Shown here: positions 22,763 through 37,200 of the stretch, piece after piece | Numbering within the stretch: position 1 is the stretch's first letter | Layout of the letters: every line of letters begins with the position of its first letter | Origin: Yuukianura sp. NJ FZ-2021 | Taxonomy: Eukaryota | DNA: 64,000 nt | Direction: 5' to 3' | Assembly (NCBI GenBank): GCA_046563655.1 | Contig: CM102284.1 | Coordinates: 4,712,001 to 4,776,000 of the forward strand | Program-made: the position numbers and the translations under genes | Notes under the pieces: model-generated | Seen by the model: only the letters and a program-made list of their open reading frames with translations | Databases searched by the model: none | What the model was told of the DNA's origin: nothing

Positions 22763-25700
22763 CTAAGGCTCTGTAAAGTAAGTACCGTATGGAGAAGGGG
22801 ACGGAGGACTACTGAGTAGCGGTGAAGGCGTAGCAGACTTACTAGCAGCTGAACCTGAAACAATTCAATTTAACTAGGTGTTTTAAACAGTAAACTCAAT
22901 TTAAAACAAAAACCAACTCCAAACGAATCACTGCGGCCCAGGATTAGCGTTTTTATTAAAAACGATCAATCTAACAACGTTAGTTGAATTCCGTACGGTC
23001 TAGTAGTATTCCTTTTTTAGAATCACAATTTTCTAAAAACTATCAATTTCAAACTTAAACGTTCTAGTCTGTTGTGCTAAACAGCATAGGGCAACGTGCT
23101 TAAAATGTAATAATTGTTTAACGTACGTGCAAGTCTATTTTTCATCAGACTGAGGACGACATGACACAAAATCGTTTGAAGAACAAGACAGAGAGAGGCA
23201 TTTTGGTAAAGTTAAAATGAAAAGCACAGATGAAAACAGTGTCGTTTTCTGGGGAGTAAAGTTTAATGACCTTTGGCCGGAGGTACTTTTTCTGGTTCCT
23301 CTTCCTCCTCCTCCTCTTCTTCTTCCTCCTCCTCCTCCTCTTCTTCTTCCTCCTCCTCTTCATCTTCTTCTTCCTCCTCCTCATCATATTCTTCCTCATT
23401 TAGGCCCTCCATTACTGAAATGTCAGCCGATGTCTCTTCGCCAGTTGCATTGATCTGCTCTACTTCAGCGTCCGCTGAGAAAAAACATTCGCTGAAACGT
23501 TTGCGCTGAGAAATCGCTGATTTTAGGAGACAAACGAGGTGTAATTGTTCTTACCGGTCGTGTAGTGTGTCGCATCAGCTTCAGCATCAGCCTCTTCTGT
23601 TTGAAGTTCATTGACAGTATCTGAAGCATGACATGACATATGAAATATAGCAGAACATGACGAAAAAATATTAAGATGACCTTTGACCTGACCTTTTCCA
23701 ACGACTTCGTACTCATCCATGTCAGGGCTGGACCCCTTCGATTGTTGTTGAGCGACTACATTTGGCACAGATCCGTTCGGAACTTCAGCTTCACGGTTGT
23801 CAATTTCCTTTATTGCCTATAGAAAATAAAATTTAACCCACGTTAGTTAATTTTTGATCGAGCTAAAACGATTTGTGTTTAGTTGGTTAGTTAAAAGGGG
23901 GCTAGGTTAAGTAATCGAGTTTGTGTTAGTAACGCAGACGTAGTTTGTTGAGTGTTAGTTGAAGCTTTTAAGTCGTTTGAGGTTGACAACATACGTTTTC
24001 TATCTGCCCGGTGACCTTGTCACCCTCTTCGGCCGAAAAGCTTGGAGCTTCAGTCCGGTCTTCGCCGATTCCCGACAAGACTGACAAAGTGACCTTGCCA
24101 CTCAGAACAACCGGCTTGTCATTTTCACTGTCATAGTCCTCGTCATCCTCATAGTCATAGTCCTCATCCATGTCAACTTCCTCGCATTCCGAATTGGAAA
24201 TGAGGATTTGGTTAGCTGGACTTGGAATGGGACCTTCCAAGTAGATGTTCTTGACCTCCACGGGTGGAGTCGGGGGACGGTGATATGCTGCTGCTGGTGG
24301 GAGCGGAGAAGAGCTCAAGCGCGGGAAAGTTGGAGTCGGACTGCGATCGGTCCATTTTTCACCGTTTTCAAGTCCGACACTTTCGTCCATTCCGACAACA
24401 GCAACGCTTTCTGCTCCTGGACTCTTGATTGGTTGACTTTTGACCTCTGGTGCTGATACTGCTGCAGCATTTTCTCTGACTTGTGGTGCTGATACTGCTG
24501 CAGCATTTTCTTTTACTTGTGGTGCTGATACTGGTGCAGCATTTCCTTTTACCTCTGGTGCTGATACTGCTGCAACATTTCCTTTTACCTCTGGTGCCGA
24601 TACTGCTGCAACATTTCCTTTTACCTCTGGTGCCGATACTGCTGCAGCATTTTCTTTCCGGTTGGCATATGCTAGCGAAACGGCAGCAGTCGCTAGCGCT
24701 TCCTTTATAATCAAGGACGACAATTCCTGGGCGAACTTTACTAATTCATAGGATTCTAGGAGCGGGGGCTAATTTGGGAGGTCAGAGGTCAGTGACCTTG
24801 AAATTTCAAAAAAGTGTTTTTAAATCAATTTGAAGGTCTTACCATGTCTGATTTTGGCGCAGGTTTTTCCTGTTCAGCTTCTTCCTCCTCTTCTTCTTCG
24901 GTTTCTTCCGACTCCGACGACACCAATCGAATTGGCGTCGGAGGACGTCGTGGTTGGCCTCCCTTACGCCGCATATGATCAGGTTCCTTGAGCTCCAGTG
25001 TCATTTTGCGCTGGTCAGTTGGGGTCACGGTGAGTGGTTCTTCAGTGACCTTGAGCAGTTCTGGCTCTTCTGCAGGCGGTTCAACTGAAATTGGCTCTGG
25101 AGCTGGTTCTTCCTTCTGCTTTATAAAAATTGGGAATTTCATTTTGGAAAAGTTGTGTGATAACGGAAAAAAAACTGTGCTAAAAAGTGTATTGTTGCAT
25201 GTGTAAACTTTGAACTGACCTCTATTTTAGGTATTTCTGTTGAGGTCGCAAGTGACTTATCAATGTCAGCCATAATTCCCTTCACTGCTGCCACAACTAG
25301 AGCCAAAGTAGAATCTTTTTACTTTTTCATTTTTCGAGGTCAGTGACCTGGACATGTTTGACCTCTGGAGGTCATTGACCTTGACATTTTATATTTTACA
25401 TTTTTCATTAGTGTAGCAGTTAAGCACACATTGAGCACATTTGCTTTTAAACATTGGACGCAGAAAGTTATTGAATTTATTAGTGGAAAATACGAAAAGG
25501 AGAAAGCAAAAAGAGAAAGACAAAAGTGAGCCAAAATTCTACCGGCCCTAGTCCGTGGAGCAGCACAGCGCTTGAGAATTTTTTCCAAGAATTTTTTAAA
25601 ACTAAACAAGGTCTGTTCAAAGTTTTTTTGAAAGTGTTTTCTACTTTTTCTAAAATTCTGACCTGAGAAATCGCTTGCGCTTGGAGGACTTGGGCCAAAA

Positions 25701-28602
25701 GCGTTGGAGAAAGATGTTCAGAGACAGAGCCCATTTGTTTTACAATTCGTTCCATCGCTGCCTCCGTCTCCTCTAAGCGTTTACGCAGGATATCAATCTC
25801 AGCGTCTCCTAATTGCATGATTGGGGTTAGGAAATTAGTTTGGCCTAAAGTAAACAATTGGACTCTGAGCACTCCACATAAACATGCACAAGCAAAACTT
25901 ATTCATTCCTAACCTAAATCCATACCCTAACTCATGGATTTTGCCTAACCTAATTAGATCGGCTTATGTTAAACAAACTGTAAACAAAATTTCTACATTT
26001 GCGGTATACTTTCTCCGACTTTCTCCATCTTCTAAAGAGGAGTAAAAATGCATTTTTCGGAAATTTTAACAAAATTGAAAATTTTATAAAAATTGGAAAA
26101 AATTGCAAGTAATTTAGTTTAATTGTAATTAGTTAAGTTAGTAAATACTTACTGGCATCACGTTCCTGAGGTCCTGGAGGGAAGCAAAAGGAAAAGGCAA
26201 ACAAAATTTGGAATTAGTTTTGAATTTGAAAATTTAAAGTACGAACCGGTCCCGTTTGCTTTTGAAACAACTTGCTCTGAAGCTGATAATGCGATTGGTG
26301 CAATTTGCTTTGGAACTGAAATGTCTTGTACCATTGCAACAGTCGGAATTGGAGCAATTCCTAAACGTAAAGTTAAATTAATTAAGTTAGTTGAAGAGAG
26401 TGTTTACCTAGTTTTTTAGGTTCCGGTGGAACATGATTGGAACAGCGTTGAAGTGGTGATGGTTTACCAACGGAGGAGCGACGTCTTACTCCCAGGTCAC
26501 CACGGTCATTGCAGTAGTAGGGGTCACGTATTGAGCGATTGGCAGAAGCAGTGTCATAGTCATCTGCGTAGGAACTGACGTATTTGCGCTGTTCAGCATC
26601 CAAACCGAAATTTGATGATGTGCGATCTTTGGCAATTACAACGTTGTCGTCAGATTTTCGAAACAAAATCTACGATTCAAAAATCAATTTCTTACATAAA
26701 CTGATTTTTTTTTGACAATTTTTTAAATCAAAATTTCAAACTTTTGTGGTTCTCTTACCTTGAAAATTGTGTAAAGGAAGAAGCAAACGATAGCAATCGT
26801 GTAGAGTGGCATGATCACACCTAAAGAAGTTCAAAAGTGGAAATTTGAAGAAAAGACATGTTCTAAAATGGTCAAATTCTGGAAGCATCTTGAATTAAAC
26901 TTTCCATTATATTTTAAAATATTAGAAAAGCAGTTACCCATTGTTCCGCCCCCTCCCCGCGGTTGTGCAGGAGCGTTCAGCCCTCCGCCCATTGGCGGCC
27001 GAATTCCAGGTTGCGGTCCAGGCTGCAAATTTTAATCTGATTAATTAACTAATTGTAAATCTAAATGAATTTCAGTATTGACTCTTACGCGAGGTTCCAT
27101 CTCCAATGGCCTTCGTTGCGGATGCGGAATTGCGCTGCCCTTTTCCCGGAGAGCAGGATGAACCATTTGTGGCATGTGAATCGGTCTTTCAGGCCTCATG
27201 TGTCCTGATGAGAATTCAAATATTTTAGAATAAACAAACCCAGCTTCTGCTTTTCTAAAACAGCTATTGCCCCCCACGGGTTCAGAAGCAGTCGAAGGGG
27301 GGATAAGTTAGTGATTGGTGTTTATTGCTTTTTCACACGTTTGACAGATGAACCTGCTAATCACGGTGGCTCAAAAACCCACACAAGATCTCACCCACAC
27401 GACTCCCACAAAACAGACAAGATGAGTAGCATAGCCAATGTCAACATTATGAAGGTCAAACTGTGTCAAAAGTTGACCCAGGTCAAGTTCGCGTTAGAAA
27501 CTCTCGGCTTGCTGTTAATTACGAATTGTTAGTGAAAAAAATCACGTTGGTGTGAGAAGTTAGCTGGAAAATCGTTTCGTGTTAGATGAGAAATCGTTTC
27601 GTGTTAGATGAGAAATCGGTTTGAAACGGAGATTCCGAAAACGATGTTCTTACTAGGTGAAGATTCCGGGGCTTTGAATCTCTTCGGTAAACCGATTCCT
27701 TCAAGATCGACGCCATAATTGTCCTTGAGACACTGGGATACATTGAACGATCGCAACTGAACCAGTGACTCTTTGTATTCCTTAGACATTGTCGGATTCT
27801 CGTTCAGCAGAACGAGAATATCAATTTTGCAAGTCTCCAGGATTTCGTTTCGGCATAAATTGGCCGTGGACATAACAGCATCCGGGGAGCCGCCTGGTGG
27901 GACTGCTGGACCCACGTACTCCTTGTAAAACTTGTTTTTTGGTGGGTACGTGATCATAACTGGCTCCGGAGGGGGTGTCGATGTCACCTTCTTCGGCGGC
28001 TTGAGTCCTTCTTTCTGAATGATACTTGCGCAAATCTCATTCATCAGTTTATAAGCATTTGTGTCTTTTTCAAAGATGACGTCGCAGCATACTGAAGGAC
28101 AATTTTTAATTTTAGATTTTCAAATAGTTTCAAAAAATACTATTTCTGATTTTGGGAAATGCGATACATTGGTGGCAAATCAAGTGATTTAGAGGTGTGG
28201 GGCAGAGATCAACGTTTGAAAAGTCTAAATTTAGGTTTTTAGAAATGCAGTTTCTCCTGGCTGCGGTCTCCTTGTACCTAAAAAATTTTCGTCTCCGAGA
28301 ATCTATTTTTGAAAATCTAATGAGACTTTTTCGGTTCTAACTTTGTCGTCCTTGGCTCCATTACTTATAAAAATGTCAAAACTGAAAAAAATCTATTTCG
28401 AAAATTTTGTTTTTGAAAAAGATGTAAACTTACGATCTCCTCCATCTCCACTGTTTGAACCTGGAAACAGTGATGATGTAAGCATTGGATAAAATATTTT
28501 AGGCCACAGGACAGCAAAACAACCAATGACGACCATCAGCGCTAGAAGCGTTTTGCCACGACCGAACTCTCCCGTTCCGAAGGTCGAAGTGGTCAACGCC
28601 AT
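22763..28602 (-). CDS. RIC3: RIC-3 nicotinic acetylcholine receptor chaperone with a long acidic C-terminal tail
   Basis: GRGKTLLALMVVIGCFAVLWPKIFYPML; Pro-rich region (HMRPERP, PGPQPGIRPPMGG); second TM GVIMPLYTIAIVCFFLYTIFK; coiled coil LRKRLEETEAAMERIV. The C-terminal exons and the stop at 22763 are less certain. Confidence 0.85.
23296..23398 (-). repeat. GAG/GAA triplet run encoding a poly-Glu tract in RIC-3
   Basis: The plus-strand (CCT/CTT)n run reads EEYDEEEEEEDEEEE... in the RIC-3 frame. Confidence 0.8.
24438..24656 (-). repeat. 36-bp coding minisatellite, six copies (N[AV]A[AP]VSAP[EQ]V[KR][GES])
   Basis: Six in-frame 12-aa units inside a RIC-3 exon. Confidence 0.9.
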
Positions 28603-31249
28603 TTTTTGAATAATTTTTCAAAAAGTCAACTTTTGAAAACAAAATGTTCAAAGTTTTGACTCAATTCACATTTCACTTTCAGAAAAACCGTGAACCGAGA
28701 GCACTGTAGTACAACTGAATCCCAGTCATCGTTCGTTCGAAATGACAAAAACAAAGACACTACTCAAGTCACTGAATGTCTGACGACTCGGAAACTATTT
28801 CTAGAACTTTTTAGTTGGCCCTCTATAGTTCTAACACTGTCGTATAACAACACTGTATGCTGTTCCAAAAACCCCAACTTTCCCTGCTGATCTGGGCTGG
28901 CAAACATGGAATTTTACTGTTACTTTGCCCACAGTTTCTTCTAAGATATGAAATGGTATGCGCCGTGAAAGCTTCTTTTGTGAAAACCGTTGCCAAATCC
29001 CTGACGACAAAATGGCACAATGCCGAATGCTCCAAAAGTTTTGGAATCTGAAGTGCTTCGATCCGGGAGAGTGGAATCCGGGTATTCTCCGCAGCAAGCC
29101 GGAACCTTCCGGGCCAACTTGGTTCAAAGTTTTCCAACCAGAATGCAGCTATTGCCGTTCATCCATCGCGCGATTGTCCGATATTTGACTCCACGTTTTA
29201 TGTAACAACACATTTTGCAGGGCTTTAGGACAAAAAATGAAAAACAAGCAATGGGGGAATCCTTTCGACAAAAAAGTTACGGAAGATTACTGGAAATGAC
29301 TCAAAACGTCGTAAAAAGTGAAAAGGAAGTTTTTTTTTTTGGTTTCTTTCATTATAATTAGTATTAAGGTTATGCCTGCAACAATTGCATCATTTGATGA
29401 AAAAATCACTGGGAAGAAGTTCTTCACTGAGATGAGGAGATGGCTAAGGTCGAAAGAAGTCGCAGACTTATTTAGATCGCAATGATTTCTCCAAACGTCC
29501 TGTTCACTTCCGGTTCTCTTACTCTTTTGTTGTTTCAATTCAATTTCCGATACTCTGTATCAACTTTTGAAGAGTAAGTAGGAAAAGGCATGTTAGGCTA
29601 ACTTTTATTTGAAGTTAAAAGTTAGGCTAAAAATAGCCAAAAGTTAAGGAGCGCTTCGTTATTATTTAATTAAGGCGCTCATCCTCCTCCTTCAGAGAAA
29701 GCAGAGAGGGATCAAAGGAGACTTTCTCCGCAGCAGGTTCTCCGAATTGGCTCCTCCTGTCTCCTCCATAGCTCATCTTCATTTAAAATTCTGGAGGGAA
29801 ATTGAAAAAAAGAGCAGCACAAGAGACATGCTGCTGTCTTCCTACTTTCTCCAGATAACAACTAAGTTCAAATGTAAGCAACGCTAAGGAGACAAAAAGC
29901 CTTTCAAGTCATCCAAGTTTTCTCTTCTATCCATCAATCGATGCCTAAACCAAAAAAAACAGTGAAAAAGATAAAAAAAAAAGTTAAGAATACTTAAAAC
30001 TCCGCTCGATAAAAAAAATTCACAGTTATCTGAAAAAAACATAAAAACGAAGTTTAAATATTCCGGGTTGTTAGTTTGAAATTTTGAAACTTCCAAGTTA
30101 TAGACTCAAAAAAATTAAAAAATTAATTATTTAAATTATTTTTGTTGAAATTTTCGAAAAAGAGAAACGAGTTTTTCAGAGCTTTTTTTGTAGACAGGTG
30201 AATGCTAAGTGAAGCGGAGAAAGTGGATGAGCGTGTGGTGGAATTTTAAATTGGAGAAATCGGTTATTTAGTTACGTGTCGCGGTCTTAATTGATTTTCA
30301 TTCTTGCGGATATTGCAAATTCTGCGGATGGAGTAACTAACTGTACACCTCCGCAACTTTGAAATTTTTTGTGTTCGATAAAAAATGAAAAGAGTCTTTG
30401 TTAGGTTAGAGTGAATAAGGTTATGTTGTTTGTAGGGCGTACACTGCTTTTTCTGTCAATTTGTGCCAAAAAGCTTTATCGAACAGAGGAACACGACAAG
30501 GCCAGGACAGGGTTCACCAACCCTCTGGGCAACTTTAAAAAAACGTTACAAAAAAAAATTTTGGTCAAAAAGTTTGTCTGAATCTTTCAAAAAAAATTCA
30601 AATTGTGAATGAGAGATCTGAGACCTCGCATGATGAAGTTCCAAAGCGTTGAAACCCTGTCGATCTTTATCCTGTTTCTGTTGATGAACGAAAGTAATTT
30701 TGAGGTCAGAGGTCAAAACAATCGTAAAAATGGAACCACGCTCTCGTGATACTACTGTCACAAAGTGACCAGGATAAAGATTAGACTGTAGCAAAAACAT
30801 GAATTGCGTTCAAGGACGCGTATCTTCATGCCTATCATAGCTCCAGGCCGAGTTCGTGACATTGGCATTGAAAACACAAACTACGTCAATGTCATCGCCA
30901 ATTCCAATTGACAAACGGTGACGGCTCACGGTATACAGCTCATTTTTTTGCGAAAACAGTAAAGTGATGAGCCAGCAGTGAGAACGTGCTCGACGCATCT
31001 ACCTTCCAGGCAGCTTCGCACAGGCACAGTTTCTGCTCATTCCAAAGCAAAACCAGGAGCTCGCTGTGTTCAGTCTGGAGGTGGCAGAAGCAGCGGACGC
31101 TTCACTAATCGAAAACCTCACAGAAAGTCCACTCTTGGAATTTACAGCAGTGAAAGTGACCAGAAGTTTTTTTTTTGAAATTTTGATTTTTTTTTCATTT
31201 TTTATTTTGAAAGTGACAGTTTTCCTGAAGGGCCTTCCGTCTTCGTGAC

Positions 31250-34200
31250 ATGGGTCTCAAGGACTTCAGAATTGAGTTTACCCACCCTGGCTCATCAGTC
31301 TATGCCAGTCAAACGCTTCACGGGAAAGTGATTTTGGAATTAAGCGAAGACAAGGTGATAAGCTGTAAGTTCGCATTGTATATAATATACTTCAATATAT
31401 TAATATATTATAAATTATTGGCCTTGTATTATAAGATAACCTGAAAGAACGTTTGTTGGTGGCAGTTCTTTTTTATGATTTTGAAAAATGATCAGAGTTG
31501 GGTGAAAGTTTTTGAATCTTTTGAAATCGCAAAGATCTATTTTCTGAGATCTGCATCTGAGCGATGTCTAACAAAGAAGTGAGTATCGATCACACTTTTG
31601 TTCCATTTTAGGTTTTCAAAAATGGAAAAAGTTCCCGCTTTCTAAAAATGAAATGTAGACCACTTTCCATTGAAAGTTAAATCGGAAAAAGTGGAGATGC
31701 ACAAGGTACAAATTCATAAAAAATGGAACTCTCATTTCTTTTCTTCAAAATTCTTCATCCTCATCATCATCATTTTCTTCCTAAAAAGCCAACTTTCTCT
31801 CTTTATCATATTCTCCAATTCCGCATCATTTGAGAAAGTCACTTTCTCCAACAAATTTTCTAAGATGTTAAAGTCCCGCCTTTTCCTTAAAAACTTGAGC
31901 TCCAAGAGAAGACATTAGGAAATTAGCAACTTTTCCTAATAATTTGAACTCATGAAAGTTTTCCTAAAGTTTCTCCTATAAAAACCGGATTAGAATTTCG
32001 AACATAAAATTTAACTTTCTCTGCACCCAAGTGGAACCATAGTTTGGCTGACTATGAGGGTACATTCAAAAAACTTAAATTCAAAAACTTGCAATTTCAA
32101 AAATGAGGAAATTCGTTTTCTTTGTTTTCTGTTTTTCCAAAGTAAGAACGTGAAATTAAAACTGAAAAGAGAGGGATTTTGTTTTTCGAAATTTCGGCAC
32201 AAAGCTCTGTGATTCCCTCGCTCTTAATTAAACTTCACAAAAGTCCTAGTCCCAATGTCTCTAAATGTTGGAAGCTATAAAGACACAGTTGTATGCTTCC
32301 AAAACACATTCAAATATTATAATAGTTCGATTTAAAACAGTGTTTTATTTGAACAGAGTAAGTTTCCATTGTATAACAAAATCGAATTTAACAAAGTACA
32401 AAGTGAAAGTTCTTGGATGAACAGTCTCTTAAGATCTCATATTTCCTTTTGACGTTGACAACTTCACAATGACGCTCGAGAATACTTGATTATACTTTGG
32501 GCTGTTTCGTAATTATTTTTGTTCGAATAGAAACCTAAGTCAAACCGAATTTAACATTACATTTAGTAATTTTAAAAATTTCGGTAGGTTTTAGGAATTT
32601 TAGAGACATTAGGCTTCAGGAATTTCGAATTTCAGAAATTTTGAAAGTTGTTCTGCCATACCTTAGCGCCAAATTTATTTAGTCCTTGAACTCCCAAGGG
32701 TTACGAGACGCCAGTTACGATTAGATCAATTACTGAAGTGAGGGGGAAAGTTTGAAAGTGACAAAAGTTGGCACTCGTGCCAAAATGTCACGGAAGTCGG
32801 TTTGAACAAAGTTCATGATTCATTCTATTCCAAGGTCAGAGGTCACGAGTTCTTAATTTTTAGAACTCGCTCAGTTGCATCCTTGTTTCATCGATCACAA
32901 GAGAAAAAGTTATGCCACAAAAATAGTGAACTTTTTTCGTTTTTTCTAAAGAAGAGAAATTTTTTGAAAAGTTAATGAACGTTCCGTTGAAGGAATTTCC
33001 ACTTCATTTCATTTCACCTTGTTTGTTTGAGCTTTTAGTAATTTTGAAATGGATTTTGGAAATGTGAGTGACAGGATGTCAATTTCAGTTTGTTATTTCA
33101 GCAGTGTGGGATTGAATTATTTATTTTTTCTGAAAATCTCATCCACCTCCAACTGTAGTTTTTATTCTTTTCAGACGCCAGATGAGAATGAGTCACTTTC
33201 TATTGTGTTCTGTTTCGATATAAAAAAAACTTACTAAAAACTGCTCTTTTCTGTTTTTATTTCCTAGTTTGAAGGTCTGCTGTGCTTTTGGGGTTTTAAT
33301 AGTCTGCAAAGCGAACTGAATTTCAGCACAAAGAAATGAGAAATTTACGTCACTATAAAAAAAAGTGTGAAAAGTCGTTTTTTTTTCATTTAATTAACGT
33401 CCACAGGTTTTGCAGTTTTAGTTCCACGTGGTTGAAAAGCCCTCATTAACTTTCTTTTATATTGGTATAAGCTTTTTGAAGCAATTTAAAAGTCAAACAA
33501 CTTTAACTCAAATTAAAGAGGTGGACCAAAACCACAAAAAAACGCCAACGCGCTTTAAAGTTCATAAAATTTTTATCATGCTGCAAAAATTCTGAATTGG
33601 TTTTTCCGTAAAACTATTAACATTGGTCTATTTTTGGATTTGAGTGTGCCAGTAACTGACATAAAAAAGCACAAAATATTTGAAGAAGAATTTTTTTTGG
33701 CGGAATTCTGACGTTTGAATTGAGAATTAAGTGTTGATTATATTCACAATAATTTGATTTGTTTGCTGTTTCAATTGAATCAACAAAGGAGCTACTAAAG
33801 CTCAAACTAGACGTGAAAGTAGAAATTATGCAAAAGTTGGGAGAAAATTACACGGCGGAGGGAGGGAAGGCTTGAATTAGAAAATTGGAGGTTGTAAACC
33901 GGCAGGGAAAGTTTGAAAATGAAAGTTTTCACTCCAAAGGACACTAAAGCCTGGAAAGCCCCACTAAAATTTTCCAACCGGAAACAAATGTAGAATTTGT
34001 AAAAGGAAGGAAGAAATAAGTGCGGAAGGGAATTTATTTGCTTTCAAGTTTTGGCGACCACCACAATTTACGTCGAGAGTCTCTCCTCTAACCGCAAAGT
34101 GCAAATTACGACACTAAATACTTCAGATAAAACTGTGTAAAGTTTACTTTCAATTTCAAAAATTACATTTTGAGTTTACGAAACTTCTTATTTTGGACGA

Positions 34201-37200
34201 CTGAGCTTCCTGCTGATGACATTTTAAACATTACACGTCATATTTATATGATATTCTCAACGTTAAACAGAGAGTGCTGCTTTACTACACTCACTTAATT
34301 CACTTGTTTTGAAGCATGTTAAAAGAGTTTCGCAATTTTGCAAACTTTGTGGACAAATTTGGAAAGTCGAAATAAAGTGGCACCACTGGTTTCGGTAACT
34401 CACTTGAATACTGGAAAAGTGCGAGAAAGTAACCCAGAACTTCCCAATTCCCAAATGTGTTTGTGTGCGCAAAATAAAATTCATCCGTGTACAAACTTTC
34501 CAAAAAATATTTTATCACTTTCTTCACTTTTTTCCACTCACATCGTATCGTCCAAATTGGATTTTGAATTATTCAACTGGAGAAAGAAGTCAACATTTCT
34601 TGCTCGTTACACCCAATCACAAACTAAAAAAAAAGAAAGATGTTCGCTTCGATGTGTTAAACAGGTTTGTCACTGTCGTTTCAAGTGACACATTCGACAT
34701 CCAGGAGAGTACCCGGGATTTTCTGGATTAGACATGATGAAGGTGTACCATAAACTATTTGAAATGAAAGTTGGGATTTGGCGGAAATGTTTGATAGAAG
34801 TTAATTCCAGCGTGAAATTAGAAAATGAATATTTATGGGATGGCGTCGGCTCTCCCGCCAAAATTGGAACTGCTGAGCATAAAAGGATTTCCAGTCCGAA
34901 TTGAAATTAATAAGAGAAAAAGCAATTAATTCTACTCCCTTCTAATACAAAATTTGAGCTCTATTTCAAACATATTTTCATCATACATGACCTCTGACCT
35001 CGTCTCGCTACATTCTACGTTTCTCATACATTTCAACAAGTTTTGAAATGAATTTGATTTTGAAGAGGATCGAGTTCGTACAAGGGCGTCACATTCTTGC
35101 AATTTAATTATTTTGAGGGAAACAGATCAATACTGGCTAGATATTTCAGCGTTTCAGGGCCGTGCGTGACGCTTTGCAAAAAAAATGCACATTTTTCTTC
35201 ACTCGTTCAGTTTGATTTTCAGACCAAATTTTTTTGGAGATGGGCAAATTAATCAACCAACCCTTAGTTTCCTCTAACAAAGCAATTTTTTTCAAGTTAA
35301 GTAAAAGTAGGCGCGGGATTGGGTGGGACTGTGATATGGTATTGATGCATCAACATTTTTACAAAGAGACTTTCTGCACACTCTTTTTTATGCGGACAGT
35401 TTTGCTCTGGCATGGTCTTACTCCAGTGCTCGACTAAAAGAAGCCAGTGCTTCGGAACAATGTTATTGTTATTTGATAATTCTTCGTACGTGTCCGTCCG
35501 TAAATGTAGTAACTGTCCGTAAATGTCCGTCCATAACTGTCCGCTAATTCGTTGGTAGAGAGCAGTTACTTCCAGACGGGCAGTCTAAGTTGATAATTTA
35601 GAAGGGAAGTGAATTGAAGTGATTTTGTTGATTCTGTAGCTTTGGAGATCCTGTGCTGTGGAAAGGGGAAAGTTCAGTGGAAGGAAGCCGGCGGAGGAGA
35701 AAGCAATGGGCAACTGGGCATAGGAAATAAATTGGCCACGAGTCAGCTGGGACCAGGGGCCGATGGACACGGTGCCAAAAACAAACTATCGTCAGCATCC
35801 CCCCTCAGCTCACAAACGATTATGTCCGCCGAAGAGACTTACGTCGAACACAGACTCTCTCTGCTCACCAAACCCAAAGGTTTCCTTAACTTTCTCTTCT
35901 TCTTTGTTGATTCACATTTAAGCAGGGGCGGTTCACGTACCATCACGAACGCGTGGGAATTTTGAAAAAACAGCAGCATTTTTTGCCATTTTTCTGATGA
36001 AATGGACCATGTACTGCTCTTTTTTGTAATAACGTAATATGCGGACGGCCCCGCAGTTGAAGTGCAACATTTGGCATTTTCCCATTTTTCCCACGACCTA
36101 TTTTACTTTCACTTTGAAGAAATGTTTATTTTTGGTAAACAGCGCCCTTTCTCCACTTGAATTTCAAGAAGAAAGAAAAAAGTCGAAATGTCATGGACTT
36201 TCTTTTTTTCTAAACAAAGTTACAGCTAGATTCTTAAGAAAACGTTTCATTTTTTCTACTCTGCTTATTTTTATTTCCACTCTTTAGTTCATTTTTCGTT
36301 TCCCGCTTTCTGCCGTTATTGCCAAGTTAGGTAGAAGAAAGTAAAGAAAGCACAACAAAGGCCACACGTTTCTACTCGATTCGTTTTTTGAAAACGAATT
36401 TTCCCTTCTGCCACATTTGTCTTCATTTGAACTAGAAGGTGAAAACTTGGCCCTCTTTTCAAAAACTCTAGTTTTTGAAAAAGAGCACCAAGCTACATTA
36501 GTACTATACTAAAAAGGAAAGTATACTTTCCTCTACTTCTAGTAACTACTAGTCTAAGACTCAAACCTGAGGAATTCTCCCAATTGGATTTCTCACAAAA
36601 ACTTCCGAGAAAAGAAAACTTTTCTTTTGTTTCCACTTAAGACGCAACTCCTTCTGCTTTCACCCAGAATCCACTTCCCACAAATCTCTACCAAAAAGGC
36701 TCAAAATACCCGTGTAGCAAAGTCAGTACTGGATATCGCAACTTTCACTTCTCCTCCGCTCTCCTTTCACTTCTTCTCAATTCTCAACAAATTCTTGGCT
36801 TTTCTAACCTGTTACTTCTAATCTTCCTCCTCCTTTCTTTCATTTTCTGCTTTCTAATGAAAATAGAAAAAACTAACGTCTAAAACTAAACCAACCTTTG
36901 AAAATGTTATCTAAGCCTAACATAACCTAACTTTCAAGTCCACTGAAGTTAAAAAAAAACCAAAATCCAGCGTTGAAATTGGATACCGTTTCCCGCGGGA
37001 TACAAATGAAAACGATTCCAAAGTTTGCCGCTGGAGCGGAATTATTAATCAAGCGAAACCGCAGCGCTGCTTTCTTTTCTCCACTCCAATTTGGCACACA
37101 TTCCAGTCTCTATTCTTCTGCTCCACTAGACCCTAACAAAAGAAAATCTTACATAATTCAACATAACATGTCCCAACATAACAAAACGTTATGTTCATAA

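Noticed and set aside
23145..23509. Poly-Arg/Lys, poly-Pro/Leu and poly-Ser ORFs
   Set aside because: Alternative frames of the RIC-3 poly-Glu triplet run.
27569..27618. 22-bp tandem duplication AAATCGTTTCGTGTTAGATGAG
   Set aside because: Ordinary local slippage in a RIC-3 intron.
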